Source: Escherichia phage LHE287. From it: a stretch of 64,000 nt of DNA. Location of the stretch: the sequence record PP761450.1. The stretch is one strand, 5' to 3'. A program made the translations under genes and the position numbers. Positions 27,256 through 36,796 of this stretch are shown here, in pieces. The notes beneath the pieces were generated by a model. That model worked only from the letters and a program-made list of their open reading frames with translations, was not told the DNA's origin and did not search any database. The first letter of the stretch is position 1. Each line of letters begins with the position of its first letter.

Positions 27256-28587
27256 ATGGTTGCTAAGAGTATTACTGTAACGGACTTTGTCAACACTGAC
27301 CATAAGCAGTTTTCTGTGGTCAACAGCATCCGTCAAATCCCTCAGCTGATTGACAGCCTCAAGCCAAGCCAGCGCAAGATCCTCTTTGCTGCTCTTGAGT
27401 ACAACAAGGAGGAGATCGTTGACCGCCTTGGTATGTTCGCCGCCGCTCGCACCAACTACAAGTCTGGTGGGGAGAACATGAGCGGCACTATCGTGAACAT
27501 GGCTCAGGGGTTCCCAGGCACGAATAATATCCCGTACTTTGACCGCGATGGCCAGTTTGGTTCTATCATGGGGCGTGATGCTTCATCTGCCCGATACATA
27601 TCCGTCGCTGTATCTGACGTTATCCGCAAGATCTTCCGCAAGGAGGATGAGGGTATCTTGGAATACAACTACCTTGGTGAAGAAAGGCTGGAGCCGAAGT
27701 TCTTTCTGCCCATCCTGCCCATGTTCCTGGTGAATGGAATCAATGGTATCGGCACCGGATATTCCACCGACACCCCGTGTCATTGCGTTAAGTCCGTGCT
27801 CAGTGCCCTGAGAGCGCTTCTCCGTGGCGAAGACCCGAAAGACTTAAAACCGTACTGGAACGGCTTCAAAGGAGAGACAGGCTATACTGAGGAAGGAAGA
27901 GCATACAGTCGCGGCATCTTCCGTCGCGTCAATGCCACCACCCTGCATATCACCGAAGTCCCAGTGGGCTGGTTTGCCAAAACCTATGAGACCAAGGTGT
28001 TGCTGCCTCTGTACAAGGCAGGTATCCTCACCGAGTACGCCAACGACACGACCGAAGATGGCTGGGATATCACGGTTGTGTTTAAGCGCGGCGAACTCTC
28101 TAAGCTGAGTGACGAGCAGGTTGAGCAGATGTTCAAGCTGTATTCAGCCACCAAGCCTGTTTGGACGGCATGGGATGAAGACGGTGTTATTCATCGTTAT
28201 TCTGGTTGGCGGGATATGTTGCTGCCGTTCTTCAATTATCGCCTGTCACGGTACGAAGACCGTCGCCAGTATCTGTTGAAGGACATGGCAGACAGGATCC
28301 GCAAGCTGGGTGACCGGGCGGTGTTCATTGAATGGGCGACGCGTGTTGATCTCCGCCAAAAGATTGACGTGCTGAAGTCTCTGTTCATGCAGGACTACCC
28401 GGACTTTGGTGGTGATCTTGACGAGTTGTTCAAGATGCCTCTGTCGTCTATTACTCTGGACGCCCGTGAGCGCCTACTGAAGCAGATTGAGAACCTTGAA
28501 GCACAGCACAAGGAATTAAGTAAGAAAGAGGACATCGATCTTTACACTGAAGACCTTGATGACCTTGAAAAGGCTCTTGGTCTTTAA
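27256..28587 (+). CDS. 52: DNA topoisomerase II medium subunit (T4 gp52-like, GyrA-like)
   Basis: LKPSQRKILFAAL motif; ATG 1 nt after the upstream stop with GAGGA RBS (the track ORF starts upstream, in overlap). Confidence 0.8.
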   Translation: MVAKSITVTDFVNTDHKQFSVVNSIRQIPQLIDSLKPSQRKILFAALEYNKEEIVDRLGMFAAARTNYKSGGENMSGTIVNMAQGFPGTNNIPYFDRDGQFGSIMGRDASSARYISVAVSDVIRKIFRKEDEGILEYNYLGEERLEPKFFLPILPMFLVNGINGIGTGYSTDTPCHCVKSVLSALRALLRGEDPKDLKPYWNGFKGETGYTEEGRAYSRGIFRRVNATTLHITEVPVGWFAKTYETKVLLPLYKAGILTEYANDTTEDGWDITVVFKRGELSKLSDEQVEQMFKLYSATKPVWTAWDEDGVIHRYSGWRDMLLPFFNYRLSRYEDRRQYLLKDMADRIRKLGDRAVFIEWATRVDLRQKIDVLKSLFMQDYPDFGGDLDELFKMPLSSITLDARERLLKQIENLEAQHKELSKKEDIDLYTEDLDDLEKALGL

Positions 28588-28626
28588 CATAGGAGGGTTC
28601 GCCCTCCTCACCTGGAGGGTTGTGCT

Positions 28627-28914
28627 ATGTTCTATCTCCGTTCTGCAGCACCTATAGTATTCATCATTATCCTATTTGATTTCCTGGTTCCTCGCTTTAT
28701 CAAAGAGGAGGTAGCGTTTGGCCTCTATAGTGAGACGGAAGACCCAGAGGTCGATGAATATTATCCAATGTGCGCCCTGAAAGATATCGAGGAAGGGGAA
28801 GATGTTGCAATGGTAGGCACTATGCGTTCTTTCAACCTGTTCGGGATTGCACTCTTTCCGAAACTGGTTGGTGAACTGCGCCCCTACGTTCCTGAAGCCA
28901 CTGTAGATGGTTGA
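28627..28914 (+). CDS. hypothetical protein (95 aa)
   Basis: ATG with GGAGGG RBS. Confidence 0.45.
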   Translation: MFYLRSAAPIVFIIILFDFLVPRFIKEEVAFGLYSETEDPEVDEYYPMCALKDIEEGEDVAMVGTMRSFNLFGIALFPKLVGELRPYVPEATVDG

Positions 28915-28949
28915 TCATAACATAGCTTCTGAGCCCTAAACTTCTGTCT

Positions 28950-29227
28950 ATGGATGATTCCTTGTATTTTCATTGTCCTGGGTGTGATATACTTCACCCA
29001 TATCGCATTAAGGGCGAAACCCAAGGTCCGATGTGGTCGTGGAACAACAATGTTATTGAGCCTACGTTCACACCGAGCCTGCTGGTGAATGTATCTGATC
29101 CAGCATCATTTGCCATCTGTTCCTGACCGACGGCAAAATACAATTCCTCGGCGACTGTTTCCATGATCTGAAGAACCAGACAGTGGATATGGTCGACATC
29201 TCTGAACCTGAAATTTGGATTGAATAG
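28950..29227 (+). pseudogene. split ORF: two short ORFs in frames 0 and -1 that together encode a Cys/His-rich protein of about 92 aa
   Basis: ORF A 28950..29126 (MDDSLYFHCPGCDILHPY...DPASFAICS*) and overlapping ORF B ending about 29227 (...CHLFLTDGKIQFLGDCFHDLKNQ...EIWIE*), which has no start codon of its own. Confidence 0.3.
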
Positions 29228-29230
29228 ATT

Positions 29231-29641
29231 ATGAAATTACTGGGATATTTTCGTGAACTCCCAACGGGAACTGAAGGCAAGTTGTTCTCACAGGTGAAGG
29301 GGGATGACATCGGTGATACGATGATTCCATTGTACACTCGTGAACTTCCTGTCGAAGGTGCCTGGGAGCGCCGTGTGGTCGCTGCCGCCAACAAATATGG
29401 TGATGTGATCGTCGTTGCCGACCGTCACCACAGCCGATTCATGAACAGCCAGCTCAAGATCCTGAAAGAAGCAGGCGTCATTAAATCCACCCATACCCGC
29501 GAACAGGGATTCATCGACAACCAGGGCAACTTCCTCACTCGTGAAGAGGCGTGCATCGTAGCCCGTGAAGCTGGACAGATCAATCAGGTGCGCCTGAAGA
29601 CAACCCCTTTCCGCGAACTCTTTTCCGAAGACCTCTATTGA
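29231..29641 (+). CDS. hypothetical protein (136 aa)
   Basis: ATG-initiated ORF. Confidence 0.5.
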   Translation: MKLLGYFRELPTGTEGKLFSQVKGDDIGDTMIPLYTRELPVEGAWERRVVAAANKYGDVIVVADRHHSRFMNSQLKILKEAGVIKSTHTREQGFIDNQGNFLTREEACIVAREAGQINQVRLKTTPFRELFSEDLY

Positions 29642-29691
29642 AGAAAAAGGCGGTATTATTACCGCCTCGACCTCTTGTTTGGTAACATCAA

Positions 29692-29934
29692 ATGAGCCCA
29701 GAATTTGAAAACCTGTTCGAGCGTTGCTTCGAACCAGGTTCTGTGTCCGGTTACATGGACCGCCTTTGCACTGCCATTGTAATACGCCTTGCTGCCAAGG
29801 GTATCGTTGTCAACACCATTATCAACAATGGGAACAATTTTATCATGCAGATGACTGATTATCACCACCGCACAGGCATCATCCAGGTGTCATGTGTTGA
29901 CAACAGCATTATTGAATGGAGACAGTACGCATGA
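29692..29934 (+). CDS. hypothetical protein (80 aa)
   Basis: ATG-initiated ORF; stop overlaps the macro-domain gene start. Confidence 0.4.
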   Translation: MSPEFENLFERCFEPGSVSGYMDRLCTAIVIRLAAKGIVVNTIINNGNNFIMQMTDYHHRTGIIQVSCVDNSIIEWRQYA

Positions 29935-30530
29935 CCACATATGTAATCAACGGTGGCGATTTACTGAAAGCCGCCTGTAGCTTCAATCTGATCGACATCT
30001 TTGCCCACGGTGCCAACTGTTGGTCTACCATGGGCGCGGGCATTGCTCTGCACATCGGTAACAACTTCCCAGCCCTGCGTGAAGTCGATGCGAACGACCC
30101 TCGTGGTCCAGAGCAACGCCTGGGTGGTATGTCCTATGCATTTGACCACAGCAAGGGCGTTTGGGGCGCGAACCTCTACACTCAGTTCTATCCAGGTCCG
30201 AACGCTCGCATGCCGTCTGTCATCAGTTCTGTTCAGATGTTATTCGAGCAGGTTCACGAAATTGTGGAAGCAACTAAAGACGAAACTGTCTATGTCGGCC
30301 TGCCTGCTATCGGCTGTGGTATTGGTGGTCTGAACCTCTACAGTGTAGTGCGTCATATCAATCGAATCTCTGAAAGCGTGTATGAAGAGACCCGCCGTCG
30401 TGTCGTCCCAGTCTTCTATATCAGGGAAGGAGACGGATTCGATGATGATCTGATGGAACTTTCTCATCTGGACACAGAAGGTATCATGATTGTCGAAGAT
30501 GAGCAAGAAATCATCGACGAGGAGGCGTAA
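29931..30530 (+). CDS. macro-domain protein (ADP-ribose binding / hydrolase family)
   Basis: IFAHGANCWSTMGAGIALHIG resembles the macro NAAN...GGGV.GAI motif; later VYVGLPAIGCGIGGL; start moved to the internal ATG with GGAGA RBS. Confidence 0.55.
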   Translation: MTTYVINGGDLLKAACSFNLIDIFAHGANCWSTMGAGIALHIGNNFPALREVDANDPRGPEQRLGGMSYAFDHSKGVWGANLYTQFYPGPNARMPSVISSVQMLFEQVHEIVEATKDETVYVGLPAIGCGIGGLNLYSVVRHINRISESVYEETRRRVVPVFYIREGDGFDDDLMELSHLDTEGIMIVEDEQEIIDEEA

Positions 30531-31163
30531 ATGTACAAGTCTAATTTCCTTGCAGTTGCCGACAGCGAAACCCTGGGTCGCTGGGATGATGCAGTCATGT
30601 TGTCCTGGGCGCACACCATCGCCGACCTGACCAAGCGTTATACTCTTCAGCAGCTGGTTGAGGAGCGCACGACGTTCATTAAGCTGAATGTCAAAGAGCA
30701 GCTCGAACTTGGTCGCGTGAAGGACCAGGGGACGGTAGAATGGTGGCTGGGCACGGGCAAGCGCAACCCGTGTGATGCGGCTCGCGCCGTCAGTCTGTAC
30801 CCGACTGAGCAGGACATCTCTATCTTCCAGCTGGCCGATGAAATCCGCAAGGGTTGTCATCGTCTTGGGGTAGACCCGCGCTCGGTTGACTGGTGTGATC
30901 GCAACCTGTTTGATCTGCGCAAGGCTCAGCACATCATTGAGGTGACATGTAAGCAGGACTCCAACGAGCCATGGGACTACCACCACACCTTCGACATCGT
31001 GAGCTGGCTGAAGGGTGTTGGGCAACAGGATCGCTACGCTGGCATCAAGGCGTGGGAACTGGAAGGTATGGTCTATCACGACCCTCGTTATGACGCTGCG
31101 CTTGACTGGCTGCGTATTCAGAAGACCATGGAAGATCTGATGGGTCTGGAGGTTGTGGGATGA
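30531..31163 (+). CDS. DEDD-family 3'-5' exonuclease (DnaQ-like; T4 DexA-like)
   Basis: Exo I motif FLAVADSETLG (D-x-E); later YHHTFDIVSW and YHDPRYDA resemble Exo II / Exo III. Confidence 0.45.
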   Translation: MYKSNFLAVADSETLGRWDDAVMLSWAHTIADLTKRYTLQQLVEERTTFIKLNVKEQLELGRVKDQGTVEWWLGTGKRNPCDAARAVSLYPTEQDISIFQLADEIRKGCHRLGVDPRSVDWCDRNLFDLRKAQHIIEVTCKQDSNEPWDYHHTFDIVSWLKGVGQQDRYAGIKAWELEGMVYHDPRYDAALDWLRIQKTMEDLMGLEVVG

Positions 31164-31462
31164 TTGTATTCACTGTCATCGGTGTGATCGTAACAGCTGG
31201 GGTGTTCACAGCCATATTGGGCTACCTGTACTTCATGTTCCTTCATCCGTTATTTCAGGCGTTCAGTCTCACGAATTGGTACTTGGCCTGCCTAAAGGCC
31301 GACGGCGGCGTGAACATGGCCTCTCTTCCTTACTGGCGGCTGGTAGCGCATTACTACTCGGTCGGTGGCTGGCCTGGGGAAAGGACATGGAACTCTATCG
31401 GTGAGTGGTATGGAATAGGTCGATGGCGTATATTCCCTGATGAAGATGATCAAGCCCCGTGA
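31160..31462 (+). CDS. membrane protein (100 aa)
   Basis: N-terminal TM helix MIVFTVIGVIVTAGVFTAILGYLYF. Confidence 0.45.
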   Translation: MIVFTVIGVIVTAGVFTAILGYLYFMFLHPLFQAFSLTNWYLACLKADGGVNMASLPYWRLVAHYYSVGGWPGERTWNSIGEWYGIGRWRIFPDEDDQAP

Positions 31463-31473
31463 GGGGCTTTTCT
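31452..31473 (+). terminator. rho-independent terminator
   Basis: AAGCCCC-gtga-GGGGCTT followed by TTC. Confidence 0.65.
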
Positions 31474-31526
31474 ATATCTGGGATAGAGTATCATTGGTTC
31501 ACCAACGAATCCTCGTGAGAGGTGAT

Positions 31527-31868
31527 ATGAAACGTTCGGTTGTTGTAAATGACATCACGAGATTGATAAACCTTGTCAAAGATGTGTTTCCACAACAGGT
31601 GGATGTCGAGTACGTGGGGAAGAACGGGAAGTGTTACCAGGTTGCTCTACTTCTGAAGCACGTGTATCCCCAAGCAGAGATCCATTACAGTCAGACCGAA
31701 GGTCATGTGTATACTCTGATTGATGGGCATTACTACGACATCGACGGCATCCACTTCAGTGTCCCACCGGACACGTGTTTGCTCGAACACAACAGAGGTC
31801 ACAAACCACATCGCTGGCATAAAGGGTTTGTGAACGTACCGATTTTAGAATGGTTGAGGAGACCATAA
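31527..31868 (+). CDS. hypothetical protein (about 113 aa)
   Basis: Internal ATG (MKRSVVVND) with GAGAGGTGA RBS, downstream of the terminator. Confidence 0.45.
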   Translation: MKRSVVVNDITRLINLVKDVFPQQVDVEYVGKNGKCYQVALLLKHVYPQAEIHYSQTEGHVYTLIDGHYYDIDGIHFSVPPDTCLLEHNRGHKPHRWHKGFVNVPILEWLRRP

Positions 31869-32422
31869 TGGCAGGAATTGTAAAGTATCTGGGCGACACC
31901 CACCTCGGACACAAGAAGGTCTTCAAGCCCCGTGGGTTCGATACCCAAGAGGCGCATGATGCTGCAGTCATCGACAGTATCTTTCAGGGGCTGAAGTCCC
32001 GAGACGTCCTTGAACTTGCAGGCGACATATGCTTCATCGGGGCTGAGGGGTTCATTCGCCTGATGCGCGAGGGTGCCAAGCGGAATATTGATGAGTTCAA
32101 GCGCCGCCCGGTTCCCGATGACTGGCGACCGAACTTTATCATCAGGGTGGCGCAAGGCAACCATGACAGCTTCAAGATGTTGATGAAGCTGTATCAAGAG
32201 GGATGGATTAGCTCCTTTGGTGCGATGTATGAGCGTGATACTCCGGTTGGTCGTGTGCTGACCACTCACGTTCCTTATCAATTAGACCGCTGGGCGTATA
32301 ATATCCATGGTCATCTTCACGAAAATATTCGCGAAGAGCGCGAATACCTGAACTGTAGTTGGGAACAGTTCAAGCGCCCTGTAACCCTGTCTGAGTTGTT
32401 ATACACCAATCTGGGGATTTGA
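31868..32422 (+). CDS. calcineurin-like metallophosphoesterase
   Basis: Motifs GDTHLG, GNHD and GHLH in canonical order; GAGGAG RBS. Confidence 0.6.
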   Translation: MAGIVKYLGDTHLGHKKVFKPRGFDTQEAHDAAVIDSIFQGLKSRDVLELAGDICFIGAEGFIRLMREGAKRNIDEFKRRPVPDDWRPNFIIRVAQGNHDSFKMLMKLYQEGWISSFGAMYERDTPVGRVLTTHVPYQLDRWAYNIHGHLHENIREEREYLNCSWEQFKRPVTLSELLYTNLGI

Positions 32423-32425
32423 AAT

Positions 32426-32743
32426 ATGAAAATTTATTTTCCTGGCCAAAAAGTGCCTTCTGAAGTGCAGAAGGTCACAATCACAGGCTACCGGAAAGGG
32501 GATCCATATCTGCGCTTCTCCTCTCCATGTATCGTGAAGCAAACTAAAACGGGTTATTATATCAGGCCGATTGTGTTGATGGGCTGTGTAATGACATTCA
32601 GAGCTTCCTGTGAACACGTTCTTATACAAGGAAGTCCGAACATCGAAGGTGGAGAAACCCACATGAACTGCAAGCCGATTATCCCGACATGGTTGATTAT
32701 TGGTGTGCTTTCCGTTTTGGCTCTGAAAGGAGTATTGTCATGA
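32426..32743 (+). CDS. hypothetical protein (105 aa)
   Basis: ATG-initiated ORF. Confidence 0.45.
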   Translation: MKIYFPGQKVPSEVQKVTITGYRKGDPYLRFSSPCIVKQTKTGYYIRPIVLMGCVMTFRASCEHVLIQGSPNIEGGETHMNCKPIIPTWLIIGVLSVLALKGVLS

Positions 32744-33078
32744 AAAAGCCGCGTATTACAGGACACCAACTCTTGGTTCTCTACGGGATGGAGAACTTTG
32801 AGAAAGGTCATTGCCGTTATGGTGAATGGTACTTGCATCCCAAATCCTGGACCAATGACAAGGGCAACACCGTCTGGACGTTCCAGGTATGCCCGAACAC
32901 TGGTGGTTTCACCTCCGTCAAAGGTGACCCATGGGACACCCGCACTGGGGCTTCCCTGTTGTCCAAAGGGTTGATCGAACCAGCTGGCTCAATGGTTCAT
33001 GACGGTTCTTACGTGAACTGGCCGAACACTGAGGTGACGTTCTATCGCCTGACCGAACTCGGTAAATCTTATCTCTGA
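32740..33078 (+). CDS. hypothetical protein (112 aa)
   Basis: Internal ATG (MKKPRITGHQ) overlapping the upstream stop. Confidence 0.45.
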   Translation: MKKPRITGHQLLVLYGMENFEKGHCRYGEWYLHPKSWTNDKGNTVWTFQVCPNTGGFTSVKGDPWDTRTGASLLSKGLIEPAGSMVHDGSYVNWPNTEVTFYRLTELGKSYL

Positions 33079-33133
33079 ATAAAGATTCAGCGGTTATTGA
33101 AGAAGGGGGAGTATATACTTCCCTTCGTTTATT
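33075..33133 (+). terminator. tandem hairpins (terminator region)
   Basis: CTGAAT-aaag-ATTCAG, then GAAGGGGGAGTA-tata-TACTTCCCTTC followed by GTTTATT. Confidence 0.5.
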
Positions 33134-33147
33134 AAGAGGAACCGGAA

Positions 33148-33462
33148 ATGACCCCATTAAAAGAAATGTATGAGCGTCTGGCTGAACTACAGGCGAAGGA
33201 AAAGCGCTTCTCAGAAGAAGAGACAGAGCTGTCCGAGCTGAACACTTTGATCGCCACTCGTGAGAAGTACCTGCAGCGCTACATTAATCACCCGCCGCGC
33301 ATGGTAGACCGCGTCAGCACTATCATGGACCTGGATGAAGTTACTCCTGGCAAAGAAATCATTGTCAGGGAAGTCCACCAGATGGTCGCCATGGGTCAGA
33401 TCTTTGGTCGTGCAGACCAAGACGACATGATCTTCCTCCTTGAAAAGAAACTGGTGATGTGA
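33148..33462 (+). CDS. hypothetical protein (104 aa), coiled-coil-like
   Basis: ATG with GAGGAA RBS. Confidence 0.45.
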   Translation: MTPLKEMYERLAELQAKEKRFSEEETELSELNTLIATREKYLQRYINHPPRMVDRVSTIMDLDEVTPGKEIIVREVHQMVAMGQIFGRADQDDMIFLLEKKLVM

Positions 33463-33968
33463 TGGCTATCAAACCCCGTATGTTATTTGCGCATATGCGC
33501 TCGGCTCATGCATACGCTCTGTCCAGCTATGCCCAGCGCCTGAAGGTTGGCTGTGTTATCGTTGACCCGCGTGTTGACCAACCCCTGTCTATCGGTTGGA
33601 ACGGGACTGCTCCTGGCGCTCCTAATGTCTGTGAGAAGGAAGTAGACGGTCAACTGGTATCGGTGGGTGTTATCCACGCCGAGGAGAATGCTCTGAGCAA
33701 ACTCCCCCAGCACACTGAAGACTGTTGTGGTCTGGTGATGTTTGTCACTCATAGTCCATGCCCAGAGTGCACCCGTCGTATTATCGACAGTGGCAAGATC
33801 GCTAAAGTGTTCTACGACCGACCATATCGTATCATAGACGGCATTATTGAAATGCTGGATGCTGGGATTGAAGTATATCGCATGGTCGATCAGATTGTTG
33901 TAGTCCAGCATTCTGTGAAGAACGGCGAACTGGTATCCACCCCTGTTTTAGTGAACCCTGACAAATAA
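33459..33968 (+). CDS. cd: dCMP deaminase (cytidine/deoxycytidylate deaminase family)
   Basis: Zinc-binding motifs HAEENAL and HSPCPEC. Confidence 0.8.
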   Translation: MMAIKPRMLFAHMRSAHAYALSSYAQRLKVGCVIVDPRVDQPLSIGWNGTAPGAPNVCEKEVDGQLVSVGVIHAEENALSKLPQHTEDCCGLVMFVTHSPCPECTRRIIDSGKIAKVFYDRPYRIIDGIIEMLDAGIEVYRMVDQIVVVQHSVKNGELVSTPVLVNPDK

Positions 33969-33977
33969 GGAATTATC

Positions 33978-34385
33978 ATGCGTTATGTAGATCGTATGCT
34001 CGGCAAAGACGAGCACGTTATTGCCTTCACCCGCCCGACTTGGTGGAGCGGTTTTTGGATTTACGTTCTGGTTATTTTAACGTTTATCCCAACATTTGGA
34101 TTCAGCTTGTTATTTCTGATACCAACAATTTTAAATGTATTGACAACTGAATTCGCTGTGACTAACAAGCGCGTCATCGTCAAACGTGGTTTCATCCGTC
34201 GTGATGCTGATGAGTTGCGCATTGGTAAGGTGGAGACAGTGAAGGTTGATCAGTCCATCACAGGCCGCATCTTGGGCTTCTCAACAATCAGCGTGATCGG
34301 TACGGGCGGCACCCACCTGCTGGCCAAGGGTTGTGCTGGTGGTAATGCGTTCCGCCAGAAGATCTACGATCACCTAGAAGACTGA
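33978..34385 (+). CDS. membrane protein with bacterial PH-like (YdbT-type) domain
   Basis: Two N-terminal TM helices followed by TNKRVIVKRGFIRRDADE. Confidence 0.4.
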   Translation: MRYVDRMLGKDEHVIAFTRPTWWSGFWIYVLVILTFIPTFGFSLLFLIPTILNVLTTEFAVTNKRVIVKRGFIRRDADELRIGKVETVKVDQSITGRILGFSTISVIGTGGTHLLAKGCAGGNAFRQKIYDHLED

Positions 34386-34387
34386 TC

Positions 34388-34600
34388 ATGATCATTTCAG
34401 GTTACACCATCGATCTTTATTGTGAATGCTCAGATTGCAAGGCATGCAGTTGGGCTTGGGAAGAGCATCACCCCAAGTGCGGGTTCAAACAATACACTGG
34501 TGAGACTTGGGGTGAGTGTGTCAAACAGGCGCGAGTAGACGGCTGGCAAATCGGGCGCGACAGGCATACCTGCTACGCCCCTGGCCACAAAAGAAGTTAA
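34388..34600 (+). CDS. small Cys/His-rich protein (70 aa)
   Basis: CECSDCKACSW...HPKC...HTCYAPGH. Confidence 0.4.
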   Translation: MIISGYTIDLYCECSDCKACSWAWEEHHPKCGFKQYTGETWGECVKQARVDGWQIGRDRHTCYAPGHKRS

Positions 34601-35211
34601 GGTAATAGAAGTCCATCATCCCGCTCCGTTGGGGCGGGTTTAATCTCCTTCCGCATCTGTTCCTTCAGCACCCTGACACGCTCAGCATGTCGGCGATCTT
34701 GCATCTCCATATCCCGTTTCTTTTTCGACTTCAGCTCAAACTGTTTACGAACATCCGGATCTTCACCTGGAACAAGATGCTCTTCGGTCCAGATAATGAA
34801 CTTCCAGTTCTTCTTGGCACACAGTTCGCGGGTGGCCTCCCACTTGGCAGAGTTGACCAACCAGGTTCGCATCGCATTGTTGAATGTCGACTCCTTCATG
34901 TTCGGAGTCTTCTTCGGCTGCTTGATCTGGTCTTTGGGCTTGATCTCAATGAGGGTGACCTGTAGTTCCTCTTGCCCTTCACGGCGCGTCCAGACCTTGA
35001 GGTCCATGAAGTAACGATGGGTGCGCCCGTCGACTGGGGAAATGTAAGGGATTACGGTCTCCTCACTAGACCACTTCACTATCGCGGAGTTCATATCACA
35101 GAACTTGAAAGCCACCAACTCCAGCGAAGAGCGGAAGATGATGTTATTCACATTCCCCTGATACTTCTTGGGATTAACTGGGGTGTACTTCCCCTGAAGA
35201 TAGTTGCTCAT
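34597..35211 (-). CDS. hypothetical protein, possible PD-(D/E)xK-type nuclease; lone minus-strand gene in a plus-strand block
   Basis: Candidate D...E-x-K arrangement (FMDLKV ... TLIEIKPK); Lys/Arg-rich C-terminus; function not secure. Confidence 0.3.
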   Translation of the reverse strand: MSNYLQGKYTPVNPKKYQGNVNNIIFRSSLELVAFKFCDMNSAIVKWSSEETVIPYISPVDGRTHRYFMDLKVWTRREGQEELQVTLIEIKPKDQIKQPKKTPNMKESTFNNAMRTWLVNSAKWEATRELCAKKNWKFIIWTEEHLVPGEDPDVRKQFELKSKKKRDMEMQDRRHAERVRVLKEQMRKEIKPAPTERDDGLLLP

Positions 35212-35261
35212 AATCTAGTCCTAAATAGCCATAACACTCTATCTATTTAAGGGCTGAGACC

Positions 35262-36230
35262 ATGGCCGACTTCAAGAAGACAATCGATAAGATCAAGGTT
35301 CTGAACACGAAGGGATTGTCCCAGGCTCAGAAGCAATTGTCTTATCCCCTGGACGTCACTGGGGGTAAGACCTTGGGACACTATGTCCTATTCAACATCA
35401 ACCGTATCTCCGGTTCATCTTATGGCAACACGGCTACTCAGACTATCGAGAACCCAATACAGAACCCTCTGGGGAATACTCCTGTGGTCTATGGGTCCAA
35501 GTCTGGTTCCATCACCAAATATGCATGGGCGCGCCACGTTCGTTCAAACGAGTCTATCGTACTTTGTATGCCCGAGTCCATTACAACCAACTATGGTGTT
35601 GGCTGGAACGGTAGCGAGCTGGGGTTGGCTGGTATGGGGGCACAGTTCCTTTCCCGCGCCGCCCAAGACATGACTCAGTTTAAACTGGGTGATGCGCTCA
35701 ACGTCGGGAAGGAGATGGGGCGATTCGCTGCCACCAAGGCTATCCAATCTGCGTCGGAGGCTATTCCATTCCTGCCGAGCATTAACGCCCATGACACCCT
35801 TGAGTTGTTCACAGGCACCATGACCAACCCATATGTGGAGATGATCTTCCAGGGTGTTCGCAACCGTGAGATTCCATTTACATTCAAATTCACGCCGCGA
35901 TCTCAGAAGGAAGCCAAGATGGTCCGTGAGATCATCCGCATGTTCAAGATGCACATGTACCCAGAGTACAAGTACAACAAGAATTCCAGCGCGTTTTACT
36001 TGCATCCTTCAACATTCGACATTACGTTCATGGTCAATGGGGAGCGTAACCAGTGGCTGCACCGCATCTCCACTTGTGTGCTTTCCAACATGTTCGTCAA
36101 CGAGACGCCGGACAGTTCATATGCGGTTCACAAAGATGATGGTATCGTGTCCACGCAGGTTGACATGACCTTCATCGAACTGGAGCCTCTGCATAAAGGG
36201 CGCTTTGAAACCGAAGGCGATAGCTTCTAA
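35262..36230 (+). CDS. putative baseplate or tail structural protein (322 aa)
   Basis: Begins a block of large ORFs divergent from the preceding gene; assignment by context only. Confidence 0.3.
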   Translation: MADFKKTIDKIKVLNTKGLSQAQKQLSYPLDVTGGKTLGHYVLFNINRISGSSYGNTATQTIENPIQNPLGNTPVVYGSKSGSITKYAWARHVRSNESIVLCMPESITTNYGVGWNGSELGLAGMGAQFLSRAAQDMTQFKLGDALNVGKEMGRFAATKAIQSASEAIPFLPSINAHDTLELFTGTMTNPYVEMIFQGVRNREIPFTFKFTPRSQKEAKMVREIIRMFKMHMYPEYKYNKNSSAFYLHPSTFDITFMVNGERNQWLHRISTCVLSNMFVNETPDSSYAVHKDDGIVSTQVDMTFIELEPLHKGRFETEGDSF

Positions 36231-36241
36231 GAGAGGATGCC

Positions 36242-36796
36242 ATGAAATATTTTGAGAAGTTTCCACTTGTTTGGCATCAATTGCAAGATGTCCAAGAGAA
36301 TGATCAGGTGCTGTTACAGAATTTAACGCGCCGGGTGATGATCTTACAGAAAATTAAGGACATCGAAGGGCTTCTCCTGCCGTATACGATCCAAGATGGG
36401 GAAACCCCAAGGTCTTTCGCAGAACGCGTTTACGGATCCTTCGAGTTGTTTTGGATACCTTGTCTGATAAACGGCATCATGGACATCAATAAGGACTGGC
36501 CGAAACCGGAACGCCGTATTGTTGAAGAACTGACTGCAGATTACGGCATCGATGGTATGTGGGATACAGCCTATTATGTCGACCAGTTCAACAATGTGAC
36601 CGACGCCCGTGCTATCAAATTTGCATATAACCTAGACCTGGATGAACCGTCCATAATTGCTAACTATGGTCTGACGGCAGTTTCATATCATGATGATGCA
36701 ATCAGTAAGAATGAAGCCAAACGGAACATCCAAGTACTCGACCCAGATTATGTGTCTTCGTTTGTCAATCAGCTGGAGCAGGAGTTGGCGAAATGA
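36242..36796 (+). CDS. hypothetical protein, probable structural (184 aa)
   Basis: ATG with GAGAGGATG context; stop overlaps the next start. Confidence 0.35.
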   Translation: MKYFEKFPLVWHQLQDVQENDQVLLQNLTRRVMILQKIKDIEGLLLPYTIQDGETPRSFAERVYGSFELFWIPCLINGIMDINKDWPKPERRIVEELTADYGIDGMWDTAYYVDQFNNVTDARAIKFAYNLDLDEPSIIANYGLTAVSYHDDAISKNEAKRNIQVLDPDYVSSFVNQLEQELAK

